A DNA stretch of 64,000 bases from Vicugna vicugna (lineage: Eukaryota): positions 3,611,061 through 3,675,060 of the forward strand of contig MU058423.1 of the NCBI GenBank assembly GCA_013265495.1. The letters run 5' to 3'. Of the stretch, positions 36,831 to 48,819 are shown one piece after another. Positions within the stretch are counted from its first letter, which is position 1; every line of letters starts with the position of its first letter. The notes below the pieces were generated by a model. That model ran no database searches. It was given only the letters and a program-made list of their open reading frames with translations, and was not told the origin of the DNA. The position numbers were made by a program, and so were the translations under genes.

Positions 36831-36989
36831 AAGCGTGGGCTTCAGTTTGCCAGGCCAGAGACAATCCTTTCTCATTAGTGACTCAGCTGTGAAGTAACCA
36901 TGCCATATCAGTACGTCATTTATCTTGTTTGTTTCTTTTCCCTCTTAGCCAAGCATCCCTGCCCCTGGCTGAGGAATCTCAGGGAGGCA

Positions 36990-37250
36990 GGAGAGTGGAG
37001 CAGACGAGTGGCAGAAAGCACAGGCCTGGGGTCCAAATGCCCGGGAATCCGAGCTCGGCCACTCACAGCTCCCTGACTTTGGGAAATTTGCTTAACCCCA
37101 TCCAAGCCTCTCTTGCCCCTCCAATAAAACAGCATAATAACGCAGTTCCATAGGATTGGTGTGAGGCTTTGGTGAGATAATGAACAGAAAGGCTTTAGCT
37201 CACTGCCAGGCACCGAGAGAGTCCTCAACACGTGCTGTTGTTCTTATTCA
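36990..37250 (+). mobile_element. MIR SINE
   Basis: gctcggccactcacagctccctgactttgggaaatttgcttaacc...cataggattggtgtgagg. Confidence 0.85.
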
Positions 37251-37763
37251 GATGCAAACGTGTCACCTCCTCCTCACCTGCTTCTCTAACTGCCAGGTGG
37301 TGGCCTAAGGACCCGGCTTTGGAACCGTCCGTCCCTGCCTGGGATGTAGCCACGGGCGGCTGACAGGGTGCGTCTGGAATCGGCGGTTTCTAATTTCAAT
37401 GCCTCGTTAAATGTGAACTTCAGAATTTTAACAAATTGGATTATTTCACAATAATTCAATTTATACAACGTGGACAAAATCATAAACGGATTTACTAGGC
37501 AATCAAAACAAACATATGTAGCTCATTATATTCTTATCTTACCACACAGAGTGCATAACTGTAAGCTGAGCTTTCACCAGTTCCTCCTTACTTGGAAGTT
37601 GGGAAGTGATTGATGGCCAAGGGTAATAAGTCTGTGTTGCAGCCCAATCTGTGGGCCTCTTGGCCCTCAGTCAACCTCTATTTTATTTGCCATGTTATCC
37701 TCATTGATTTCAATCACTCGACAGACCATCATCTCATGAGGGTATTTTTATTCATGTCAGTAG

Positions 37764-37777
37764 GTTACTATGGCAAC
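37764..37777. promoter_or_regulatory. RFX X-box motif (candidate)
   Basis: GTTACTATGGCAAC matches the palindromic RFX consensus GTTRCYATGGYAAC and lies in non-repeat DNA. The motif match is certain; function is not shown. Confidence 0.45.
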
Positions 37778-37814
37778 AGATAGCCTCTCCATATTGCACA
37801 ATCCTCACAAACAG

Positions 37815-38570
37815 CTTCATCCATCCATCCATCCATCCATCTGCCCATTCAACTGCTAGTTAGAGACTGAGTATACAGAAAATACCTATTGCTGGGAAAC
37901 AGATGGTTCCTTGCCTTAAAGAGCTCACAGTTTGGTGGAAAAACAGAAGAAAAGCTACTAGTGTGGTGAGTGTTCTAATCAGTGAAAGGGGCCAGTGGAG
38001 AGAAGAGAGACACTAACATAGAGAAGTCAAGAAAACTTCCCAAGCAGAGCACTGAAGGAAGGAGGAGGAAGACTCAGACAGGCGAGGGGAAAGGAAGGAC
38101 ACTCCAGGCAGAGAGAACAGCATCAGTCGATGCTTGAAGTCAAAGGAATCACGACTCGCATATGAATGATGAGGAAGCTGGTGTAGCTGGCCCGTGGGAC
38201 ACGTGCAGGGGAATGGATGACATGAAGATAGAGAGGTTGACCAGGATGAGATGGAGCCGTGCTGAGAAATTTTAACTTCATAGAAAAGATGTTAAGACCT
38301 TCTGAAAAGATTATAGAAAGGGTCCGTTTTCTGCTTTGGAAAGTTCACTCTGGCTGCAACGCGAAGGATGAAGTGGATGTGGACAAGGCTGGAAAGAGAG
38401 GGGAGGAGTTGCAACCATTCAGACAAGAAATGATGAAGGCTCATACTGAGGTGAGGGCAAGGGGGCAAGAGAGGAAGGGAAGAGAAAGAGCTGGCTAAGC
38501 GATGCAGGGTGAGCATATGGTACCATTAAATACGAGTGAAGACAAGAAGCAGGTTTGGGGTGGAGAGAGG
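37815..38570 (-). mobile_element. L2 3' portion with (TCCA)n tail
   Basis: catccatccatcc tail, then ttccttgccttaaagagctcacagtttgg...tttggaaagttcactctggctgc. Confidence 0.85.
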
Positions 38571-38844
38571 AAAAGAGAGGAACGCGATCTTTCCTTCTTA
38601 TGTGCTTTCTCTTTTTGTGGAGCAGTTGTCTCTTGCCCTTTTAGTGTGATACACAGAGCAGGGGATTTGGAGTGAGGTGAGTCTGGATTCAGAAGTTAAC
38701 TTCGCTTCTACTAGCTCTATAATCCCGGGCAAATTGTTTCATTTCTCTCATCCTTCCTTTCTTCTTCCGGGAAGGAGTAACAGCTGTGGTGTGTGGGGAA
38801 GAGGCAGAACAGCAAAGGAGGTGCGGTGTCAGGGAGGTCATTTT

Positions 38845-38950
38845 TGTCAGGAAGATAGACATCACTTTGGGTGCTACAAGCAGCAAAGAGTTTGCCACTG
38901 CAGACTGGATGGTTACGGAACATTTAGAAAGGCCGGAGGAGTCAAGTTCA
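38845..38950 (-). mobile_element. LTR33-family ERVL LTR 3'-end fragment
   Basis: tgtcaggaagatagacatcactttgggtgctacaagcag resembles the reverse complement of the LTR33 terminus. Confidence 0.5.
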
Positions 38951-39059
38951 CTCTGAAACTGTTTTTCTGAGTGTTGGGAGACACCACACTTTCCTTCCCA
39001 GGCTGCATATTGTTGTCATTACTCTGGCTGCCGCTACTCTTACTGCTGTTGTTTTGATT

Positions 39060-39509
39060 TTTGTTTGGCTTGCAGCATCCAACCCCACACTTTTGAATGC
39101 GGTCCCTATATTACAGGGGCTGTAAGTCTGGGGAACCAGGTTTCAAGCATCCTTTGCCAGAAGGGTTCTGCCTTCACATTCTGCCAATGAGAGGCATTTG
39201 TGTTGAGATGTGGGATGCAGAAGTAAAGCAAGTTATTTTTCCTCCAACAGTGGTAGACACGAGGGAGGTTATAGCTGCCTCCAGCGTTCTCTTGTAAATC
39301 ACCACCACCATGAAGCAGGTAGACGTGATCACCTCAAGAGCTTTTGCAACTTCTTGCCATTTCCTGGTTTTCTGAAAGACAACAGTAAAGCTGAGAGCAG
39401 TGTTCCCTGCTCTCCCTGGTTTCTGATGGGTTTGTGAGCATCTAACTTCCTGGATCTATGCCTTCCTCTTTAGAGCATCCAAAGTGATGTCTGTTGTCCT
39501 GAACTGACA
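39060..39509 (+). mobile_element. LTR33-family ERVL solo LTR
   Basis: cctttgccagaagggttctg...ttctgccaatgagaggcatt...gagat; ends ctgttgtcctgaactgaca. Confidence 0.65.
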
Positions 39510-39519
39510 TCAACTGAAA

Positions 39520-40860
39520 ACTTTCTGGCCACTACTTTTCAGTGTCTTTTGCCACCTTTCTCTGACCACTAAAATTCAGAGACCCTCAGGGCTTAATCTG
39601 AGAACCTTCTCTAACTAAGCTCCCTAAGTGAACTTAATCCTAAATCTTTCCTTCACAGGCATGCCTCAGTGATATTGTGGGTTCTGTTCCGAACCACCAC
39701 ACTAAAGTAAATGTCACAATAAAGTGAATAATATGAATTTTCTGGGTTCCCCATGCTTATAACCATTATATTTAAACTCTACTGTAGTCAATTAAGTGTG
39801 CAATAGCATTTTGTCTTAAAAAAAAAGTTGAAACCCTAATTGAAAAACATGTTATGGCTAAAAAACGCTAACCATTATCTGACAACACAGAGTTTGCCAC
39901 AAAACTTCAATGTGTAAAAAATGCAGTATCTGTGAAGCTCGGTGAAGTACAACACAGTGAGGTGTGTCTGTGTTCCCTGTGGTCCGACAGCTCCCCAGCT
40001 CATATGTCAAGCCCACACTTTCCTTTGAGACACAAACCCAGTTATCCAACTGTACTTTCCGTGTGTCCACCTGACTGGGGTGAAGCTGAATTCATGGTCT
40101 TCCCGTCTCCTTCCTCCCCTAACCTCCTCCTCCCCCAGCTTTCTCTTTTGAAGAACATGAGCTCACCCTTTTCCCTGAGGCTTTCACCAGAAGTCTGAGA
40201 ATCCTTCCTGACTCATCCCCACCCCCGTTCCTCCCCGACGCACAATCAATAACGATCTTCAGAGTCCACCCCTCTCCAGCCTCACCGCCACGGCCCTCTG
40301 CAGAGCCACCACGCCCTCCTGCCTCACCTTCTTGCTTCTGTGCCCACCTGCTTCAGTTCATGCTCCGCACCAGGACCAGAGCGATCCTTTGACAACATAA
40401 GTTGACCGTGGCAGTGCTTTGTTTATCCCCTTTGATGACCTCCCATCATCTTCTGGGAGGAGCTAAACCTCCTTGCCTTGAGCTGCCAGCCCAGGGAGTC
40501 CGTGCCTCCTCCGCCCCTCCCGCCAGCCTCCACCTGATTCTGCCGGGTACACGCGGTTCTCCGCCTGGAGCACGTTGGCCCACTCTTCCTCCACCTAATC
40601 CCTCATCTTCCTTCGGTCTTACTTAAGTATCTCTTCCTCAACTCACAGAGTTGGATTAGGTCACTCACTATTCATTCAAATAGCAACAAATACTTCTCCC
40701 CCTAGTACTCATCATAAGGCTGGTAATTTGTTAAAAGCCCTTTACTCTTTTTTAGAAGGTAAACTTCATGAGAGCAGAAATATTCTGTCTTGTTCATCAT
40801 TGTAGCTTCTGTTCCCGGAACAAAGAAGACATTTATTAAATATGCATTCAGTGAATTAAG
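39520..40860 (+). mobile_element. L2, ~1 kb 3' portion, split by a Tigger MITE
   Basis: ccctcagggcttaatctg...[Tigger]...ccagttatccaactg...aagctgaattcatggtcttccc...aaacttcatgagagcagaaa...cagtgaattaa. Confidence 0.8.
39656..39970 (-). mobile_element. Internally deleted Tigger1 (TcMar) non-autonomous element with both TIRs
   Basis: Left end caggcatgcctcagtgatattgtgggttctgttcc; right end ...aaaaaatgcagtatctgtgaagc...gaggtgtgtctg. Both match the Tigger1 termini. Confidence 0.9.
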
Positions 40861-40889
40861 AGGACTTGTTACACGTTTATTCGTTCTCC

Positions 40890-41030
40890 CCATCCCTCCC
40901 TCATCCTTCTCCCTTCCTTCTCTTCCTTCCTTTCTCCTCCCTTTTTTTCCGAAAGCTAACGCCACTCTGCCACTACCCCTGCTGCTGTTTCTTCCCTGTT
41001 CTCTCGCTGCCTCCCTCCCTCCCTCTCCCC
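40890..41030. repeat. CT-rich low-complexity tract
   Basis: Directly visible. Confidence 0.7.
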
Positions 41031-41609
41031 TGTCCTGGGGCAGTGATCCCTCTGGCAGCTGTGTGTTAGCACAGGTCCTCTCTGTCTCCCTGTGGTTCTT
41101 CTGCCTTTGAACATCTCTGAGGATGCCCCATAGTTGAGGTTGGAAGGGGCAGATCTCCAGCAGAGCGCCAGATAGGGCTCCCAGAAATAAAATAACCTCC
41201 GTCTCCTACTGCCCTGCCTTCATCTTAAAGCAGCCATCTCAGCTCCAGGAACTGGCCAGCAATCAGATCTTGACATTCACCCTCATACTAGAGCAAAGAA
41301 CATAGGCAGAGATATGACGTAATTCATTTGTACCCTGCCTCCTTCCAAAATTATATAAAGGGACATTCTAAGGCTAATAAGGAATTATTGAGATCCTTCA
41401 AAAAGAGAAGGAAGCAAATATACTGAACCTGAGGGCTAAAATAATTAGTTGTCTCTGAGCTCACTGGCAGCCGAGGCAAAGGGGGAAATCAAACGTTAAC
41501 TCCCGCTCTCAGAAAAGAGCAAACACAGCCGTGCGCCAGAGGAGCGTTTTAAGAAGCACCACCTTGAGCTTTTGTTTTTCACTGTATGCCGATCATTCCA
41601 TGTGTTCAA

Positions 41610-41720
41610 TTCAATTCAGCTTCACAAACACCCTTCAGCAGCTACCATGGGTCAGGCACCAGACTTGGTACTAAGGGGTCCAAGACAAACAGGACATCAT
41701 TCCTGCTTTTACGAGTGTAA
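41610..41720 (-). mobile_element. L2 3' end
   Basis: ttcaattcaattc...ctaccatgggtcaggcacc...acaaacaggacatcattcctgct. Confidence 0.7.
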
Positions 41721-42599
41721 TCTGAATGATCTAAAATCCAGCTAGCCCATGGCTTTGTCTGGTTTTGCAATCACTTTGTGAATATTACTGTATATTCACT
41801 CCAAAAGCTCACAGAATTGAAGATACACGTGGTCTGAATTATCTAGTCCCTTTCTCCACTTCTCATGGATCCCCAAATTCCTCCATACTAGAACTAGGGT
41901 GATCATTTGAAAATAAAATGTGACCATGTCTTGACTTTGCTTAAATCCCTTTGATGCCTCCCATTGTTTTGATTCCAGCTTTGACTTTGTCAATGGACTG
42001 ACTTTGGATGGAGGGGAAAACTTAGGGTTATCACCTGACTTCCTGGAAGAGACTTACTTTCCAAAAAGGAACAGCTTCCTGCGTGTAGGGAAATAAGAAG
42101 GGGTTGAGCTCAGAAAGGGGAGATGGGTGTACCCTGAAAACTTGACTTCTCTTGCTCTACAGTTTTGCTATGTGCTGGCCCTGATTTTTCACTTCATGTG
42201 GGATCCAGGTTTCTGGTATTCTATATGGAACTTGTGCTGGCACGCAGTTGCCTCTTCTCTTCCCGCAGAGTCCTTGTCTTTGCTGTCTTACAACTCAGAG
42301 CTTTCATTACTGTTCTTCCTCTGAGCTCCTACAGCTCAAATCTTGGTGAATCTTCCACTGGCAAATGATGAAAGTGCCTTCTACATTTTCTAACATGGGC
42401 AGAGGAGTTGCAACCCCATGTACTTCTTTTCTGATTGCTCCTCAGGAAACTAATAACTAGGGACCCAGGGAAAGAATTCCAAGAGGGAGAGTCAGTTCTC
42501 TTCTGGGATCCTGCTTCTGCAGAGTGAAAATTTTGTCTCCACTCCCTCTGCTCTTCGCTTGTGACTTCTCAGTTACTTTCCCACATTTGTGAGCAGCCA

Positions 42600-43560
42600 G
42601 ACATTACAACGAGGCTCCAAGAGAGTGGACGCAATGGCTTCACACACCAAAGTAAGGTACTAGATCATGCAAGCAGGATATGCCAAGGAGGCTTGAGATC
42701 TGGGCTTGCAAGCCTCAGGTGACTGTCCAGCTCTGAGAAAAGAGCAGGAGATTAGAAAGAGAATTTTTTTGGAGAGAATTACTAGTATTTTTGGAGAGAA
42801 TTGTTAACCCATGGAATGACGGTGAGAGAGATTCCCTTCTCTTTAAGCCTCGTGAGAAGAGCTTTAAGGAAACCACTCAGAGACTTTGACCTCTGTCCCC
42901 TGAGTCTCTGGGGGCACTGAGGCTGGTGTTGGCCTTACAGGTGCAAGGCAGCAGGACCCCCATAGAGAGTCAGTGCGGAGTAAAACTGGAGACTCAGAGG
43001 GAACTTGTAAGCTACCGCTGGAGGAGGAACAGCTTTCCATAAAGGAACTGTCAGAGAGAAATCCCAGGAAAGAAAAGGAGGAGGGGATGTCTCTGAAGAA
43101 CTACTAGCATGTCCTGGAAAGAGGCAAGTTTGAACATCTGTCAATATCAATTTAACATCCGCTATGATCAGAGGAAACCAGCGTCAGCCCCGCCCTGCTT
43201 GTCTCCACAGCTCCTTGCTCTGTTCTTGCCACCTCTTTAATCCTGCACGAGCCGGGTGTCTGAGTGAGCGTGAAGGGAAGACGGAGAAGTGAGGAAGCCA
43301 ATCCTGTGTGCCCGGTCCCACTGCAGACTTCCCACCTTCAGAAAGTCTAAATCAGGAAGGAGAGAAACGTGAAAGTTGAATAAAATTTGGAGTTTTATTG
43401 CGCAGAATAGGACATATTAATGACTCAAACTCCTGGCAATTAAAAGCAAACAAAAGATTTTATTATTTAATAGTAACTGAAAAATTTGTGCCTAGTTTTT
43501 CAAAAAGGGGTGGGAAAAATCCAGCTCCACAGAATGGGTTTCAGTGGGCTGTGTCGGGAG
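42600..43560 (+). mobile_element. Ancient Gypsy-type LTR (MamGypLTR-like)
   Basis: 3' part aggaaggagagaaac...ggagttttattg...ggacatattaatgact...ccacagaatgggtttcagtggg...gggagg resembles MamGypLTR. The 5' boundary is uncertain. Confidence 0.5.
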
Positions 43561-43645
43561 GACGGTCGTGGCTGATCACCGCTGGTTCGCTGTCCTCTGC
43601 ACCGCTGCTCACGTCACCATTCGTGGCTACCGCAGCATCTCTGTT

Positions 43646-44016
43646 GTGACGGTTTGACTGTGGATCAGCATGTATTCACTCTCTTTCCTGCACTTTGGAC
43701 ATTGGGTTTGGCACCACGTGACTTGCTTGGGCCAATGCAATGTTAGAAGACCTGGTGGATGTGCCAGCAAGATTTGGTTTGGCTATTGCCATGGTGACCT
43801 GCAGGAGACGAACGCTCCCCCAAGTCCCCGGACCCCAGAACAAACACGTTTGTGGCAGACCTGAACCGGTCCCAGCACACTAGCCGGCTGGGCCCCGGCC
43901 CCCGGCTTAGCGGGCCAAGCGGCAGGCCTGCGACCGCGAGGCTGCGCGCTGGTGCCAGTCGCTGAGGTCTGACGTGTTTGTTAGCAGGGCTGTTGGGGAG
44001 GCAGCTTTCTGATTCA
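43646..44016 (+). mobile_element. ERVL-MaLR solo LTR (MLT1H/I-like), CpG-rich
   Basis: ccacgtgacttgcttgggccaatgcaatgttagaaga...ccccagaacaaacac...gcagacctgaacc...gctgagg...tgtttgttagcag. Confidence 0.75.
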
Positions 44017-44359
44017 CATGTAGATGAATGTGGCCCCTGAGCCACTGACCTCCTTGCCTCTCACAATCTTGTCTTCCACCTCAGCTCACCCACCCGTCGC
44101 CGTGGTCACATTGTAGACTATGTTGCCATCAGTAACTGTACCACCTTGAAATACTGACTTCAAGAGTCTCACTCTGACCACCTCCAGCTCACTTGCTCTG
44201 TTAACCCTGCTCATTCCCCAATCCCTTATATGATCGTCAATCCACTGGCCACACAGTTTTTCACTTTCTAGCATCTCTGTCATTTCCTCACTTCTTAAGT
44301 TTCCTAGCCCAGTATGACGGTTACTTCCTTGCAAGATAGCAGTGGCGAGTCCTTGCATA

Positions 44360-45085
44360 GGGCTTACCGTGTGCTAGTTGCGATGCTAAGCACTTCACAT
44401 ATAAGCATAGCTTGGGTTCCCCTAAAGCTGAGCTGAGCCAAAGACTCACACATAGGTAGTTTATTTGGAAAATGATCCCAGGGAGTAGGAGTGAGGGACG
44501 AAGGCCAATGAAATGCAGACAGAGGGAAAGTCAATACAAGGATGCCTAACTGAGTAGGTGACCACTGTGGGTAACCGGCACTCTGCAGGAAGCCTTATGA
44601 AATGCTTCCCAAACTGTTTGCCCAGGGAAAGGCATGGCATTTATCCATGATTCCTATTCCTCGCAGATCAAGGGTGGTCCTCCCCGAACGTCTAGATTGT
44701 ACACACACACCAGTTCAGAGTGGATTCCCAAGGTTGTCCTTCACTGGGGCATCAGAGAAGCTCTGGGGAAGGAAGCAATAGGTATAGAAGGTGCTGTCAA
44801 GGTGCCCCTAGATGAAGCTGGTCGAGGCTGAAGGGGATTGGTTGCTGGAGAGGTAGCTGGAGCAAGGAAAGGGCCCAAAAGGAGTTGGAGTGGTGCTCAA
44901 AGGTGGTGGAGACATATGCAGACTTATTCATTTCCTCACAACAACCCCATTTTTAGGTGAGAAAGTTGAGGCAGAGAGGTTTTAAATAACTTGTCTGACA
45001 TCATAGAACCAGTAAAAAGCAGGGCTAAATCCAAACCCAGGCAGCCAGGTGTCAGAGTCTGTGCTCTCAACCACGATACCACGTG
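44360..45085 (-). mobile_element. MIR SINE split by an LTR
   Basis: gcttaccgtgtgc...gctaagcacttcacat | [LTR] | ...tcctcacaacaaccccatttttaggtgagaaagttgaggcagagagg...ctctcaaccac. Confidence 0.85.
44403..44911 (-). mobile_element. LTR16-like ERVL solo LTR inserted in MIR
   Basis: gggttcccctaaagctgagctgagccaaagactc...gtagtttatttggaaaatgatcccagggagtaggagtgaggg; flanked by ACATAT on both sides. Confidence 0.75.
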
Positions 45086-45424
45086 CCTCTCAGCTCGTAC
45101 ACTCCATCGACTTCTTTGCCCTTTTTACTTGTCAGTAGAACCACATCATATGCTTTAACAGAGTCAGACAAAGCCATATGAGGCATCCAAAATGCACTAA
45201 ATATTGATACTAATTGTACCAGCAAAAGAAGATGAAAGACTGCAGGATTCTATTAGAAGAAAGTAGATTTATGTAGCTTAAGGGTCCCTTCAAGTTTAAG
45301 GGACTTTAGAGTTAAAAGAAAAATAAATGTACATATCTCAAGATCCAAACTAAAGGATCAACAAGGTGGAGCTGTAGACCTCTGGGGAGACATAAAACAA
45401 GGTCATGTGATCTATGAGACTGCT

Positions 45425-45506
45425 CTTCCAAAGACCCCATCTCCAAACCCAGGATTAGGATTTCAACACAGATTTGGGGGAAATATAAACGTTCAGTCCG
45501 TACCAG
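45425..45506 (-). mobile_element. MaLR LTR 5'-end fragment (MLT1A/MST-like)
   Basis: caaagaccccatctccaaac...ttaggatttcaacacagatttggggg...cgttcagtccgtacca. Confidence 0.7.
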
Positions 45507-45959
45507 AGAACAACAGTGGATGACCAAAATCTAACTCATGGGCTGATCTCATATTTTCAGGCTAAAATCTTCTCAGGGTGCGCTCTTTACACTGCTGGTC
45601 ACATCTCAGCTTCCCAAGGATTGTCTGACCCACTCCCTCCTTCTCCTCACCTGTCTTTCTGAAAGTAAAGCTCCGAGTGGCCAGGGACCTTGTCTCTCGT
45701 TCAGGACCTAGAGGATTGCAGGTGCGTGATTTCTTGGGTAAGTTAGTGAGAGAAAGAGGGAAGTGAATTCTAGGGGTTGGAAGGGGCAGCTTGGAGCACC
45801 AGCACCGTGGCAACTCTGACGATAGTGAGGATGTAAAAAAAAAAATTATGATTAACTTGATTTTTCTCAGCAATTGATTTTTAGAATAATGAAATAAATA
45901 GTACGAAAACAACTTGAATTATCAAAAGTTTATTTATTTAAAAAAAACTTCCCAGAATA

Positions 45960-46540
45960 CTTTTTAGACAGCTTTGTTGATATGCATTTCACATACCATA
46001 AAATTCATCCATTTCAAGTGCATATTCACAACCGTCACCACAATCTAATTTTCAGCGATCATCGCAAAACAAATTTATCGTTACCCAAGAGGAAGGTAGG
46101 GGCAGGGATCAATTAGGAGTTTGGGATTTGCAGGCACAAACCACTATATATAAAGCAGGTAAACAACAAGGTCCTACTGTACAGCAGAGGGAACTATGTT
46201 CAATATTTTGTAATAACCTACAAACAAACAAGAATATATATAGATAGATATACAGCTGAATCACTATGCTGTACACCAGAAGTGAATACATTGTAGATCA
46301 ACTAAACTTCAATTAAAAAAATCAATTTAATTGTAGAACACTTTCATCACCTCTCTAAAAGAAGCCCATACTTATTAGCGATCAGTCTCCATTCACCCCC
46401 TCCCCACCCCAGGCCATGGAAACCACTAATTATTCTTCATTTCTATGGATTTGCTTATTCTGGACGTGTCCTGTAAATCACACAACATGTGGTTCTTCGT
46501 GACTGGCTTCCTTCTCTCAGCATGATGTTTTCATAGGTCC
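45960..46540 (-). mobile_element. L1MB-type 3'UTR, interrupted by a younger L1 tail
   Basis: acagctttgttgatat...cataccataaaattcatccattt...aaccactaat...ctatggatttgcttattctggac...gactggcttccttctctcagcatgatgtttt. Confidence 0.85.
46058..46321 (+). mobile_element. Short L1 3'UTR insertion (same family as 1766-2471)
   Basis: ttaggagtttgggatt...aaacaacaaggtcctactgtacagcagagggaactat...tcaactaaacttcaattaaaaaaa. Confidence 0.9.
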
Positions 46541-48819
46541 AGAGTGTGTTTTCAGGTGTGCCATGTCCTTACTTATTTTGTCTACTCCCCTCCCTTCCCT
46601 CAGTCTCATACTGAGTGATCTCTGTCTCTGTTTAAGTTCCTGTAGCATATGAAATACTTATGTTTCACTTAATACTCAGTCTCTATGTAATTTTACTAAC
46701 TTCCTTCATCACTCCCCACTACATTGTAATGCTGGGTACCGTACTGTTTCTATGGCTGCCTTAACACAGGGCTTTATCTGCAGGAGGTCTCGTGGACTAG
46801 CGCGCAATGATCACAGGCCTTCGTAATGATTTCCCTGCAGCATCACAAGATTCAGAAGCCTCCAAAGAGATTCAAAGCTCTTGGAAGCTAGGTGTGGATT
46901 GCACTCCAAGTTTGAAATGTTTTAGGTGCTGAAATGCCAGACGGAAAAAGCCAAGTGAAATATTTGTGCTGTGAGAAAAAAATGATAGGCGCTCCCAGGA
47001 TGACACTTGGGTTTGTCTCCGTAGCAGGATGCTTATCCCTCTGCAGCGATGACTCACTGGCCGCAATTGACAGCGAGAACAATTGTGGGTAGGAGAGAGA
47101 GGGCTGGCCACCCAGCCGGAGACTGAACAGCTGGGTTTACATTATCTTCAGGGAATGTGCGAGCAAATCTGTTGGTCTGATGAGTCCTTATCATCGGCTT
47201 CTGCCAACCTTTCCTTCTCTGTTCTCTATTCTGGTGCTAGGATAGTGAAGCTGGCAGCTAAACTGGTTGTTAATTGTCAGCCATCACCTTGGTCTCAGTG
47301 TGGAGGCCCATTTTCTACTGGCAATGACTGCACTACTCTCAGCAGAGACCTGGGTGGACACTCCTGCAAGAATGATTTTTTGGCTCAAGGCACTACTCAT
47401 TTGGCGTGTTGTCTCTCCACTTTGAGGGCTTCATTCATCAAGGATGTAGTGTTTCAACCTGATAAAGCAGAGATCCAGGATATGGCAGAATTTTCTCGTC
47501 CCTCACATGTCACTTTCTGTTTGAATTTTCCTGTCAGGCTTCTCAGGCCTCTCTTCTGGTGATGGATACCTAAAGCTGACCACATTCTCACCAGTGAATT
47601 ACAGATATTTAAATATAAGCGTAGGATCTTTTCTATATAAACTCTATACTGTGTAGTACATACACACAGACAATATTTGTAGCTATTATCTCTGAAGAAG
47701 TTGTTGCAGATGACCTTTCTCCCCTTGGTGTGAGGAGATAAAGTGAGGACCTGAATAAAACTGGTTTGCAAACCAAATACCATATTTGAAGGACTGACCT
47801 GAGAGCCCTTCTACCTGCAAACCTTTCTCCACCTGGCCCAGCACAGGGACTGATATTTTTCCATCACTCTTTAAGTTTAAAAGAGAATCTTTATTAAAAT
47901 GAAAGTAATCTTTGTATGAGTAGCACCCTAATTAAATTTTTAAGTGTTCTAGGAAAAAAAAAAGCCAAGTTTGTTAAAGACTTGATGGACAAGTGTTTCA
48001 ACACCATGAACTAAGGGAAGCTGAGCTGCTGGATGTTTGGATCGCCTTCTTGGGTGGACCAGGCGAGGGGTGAGATGAAGATGAAACAGGAAAGGAAAGA
48101 TCTGGAAGCTCATGGCTATGAAGGACTCATCACAGTGGAAGTCATCATGGACAGCTATCATTTCTGCCTGCCAGTGTCTATTCTAGTTTGAGCACTCTGA
48201 TTTCGCTGCGGGGGAACCACTGCCTCTAATTGGATTTGTGTCTGGTGCCTGCCCTTTCCTGTCCAAGGCCGGGCCAATCAAATGTACCCTTCCTAGATTT
48301 TAACCCCAGAAGAGATGAAAAGAAACAGCTGGATCCTGTCATCCTGAGAGCAAATCCCTCCAGAGACTCCACACCAAGGACCTGTCACCAGAGCTGCTCT
48401 GGTTCCTGTCTGTTCTGACGTGTAAGTCTCCGAATCTTCTTCAGTTATGTGAATTTACCCACATCCTTTCAGGGTTTTGTTTGTGTTGTTTTATTTTGCC
48501 TAAGTGGGCCTGCGCTGGCTTCTGCCAGTTGCAGCCAAGTACTCTCACTGACACTGGAATGCACGTGTCTGAGGGCTTGGGTGGGCAGAGGCAGGGACTG
48601 GCTCCCCGAGTGCGACGCCCTGAGAGGGGGGTAAAGGGCACTGGGAGGAGAGCGAGGCGCCTCACCCTGCAGAATTGTGCCCTGTCATGCTTCTCGGTGA
48701 CAACCTCGTTTGCCCTTTAAAAGATTCCTCCTTGTCAGTCAAGACATCTTTTTTTTCTACCTGGCCTAGAGGTCCCACTGTGAAAGTTCTTGGAGAGACA
48801 GCAACACAGGGGGGTTTGC

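Noticed and set aside
47083..47562. 159-aa ORF in unique DNA
   Set aside because: Non-ATG start, no recognisable homology, and no convincing flanking splice sites.
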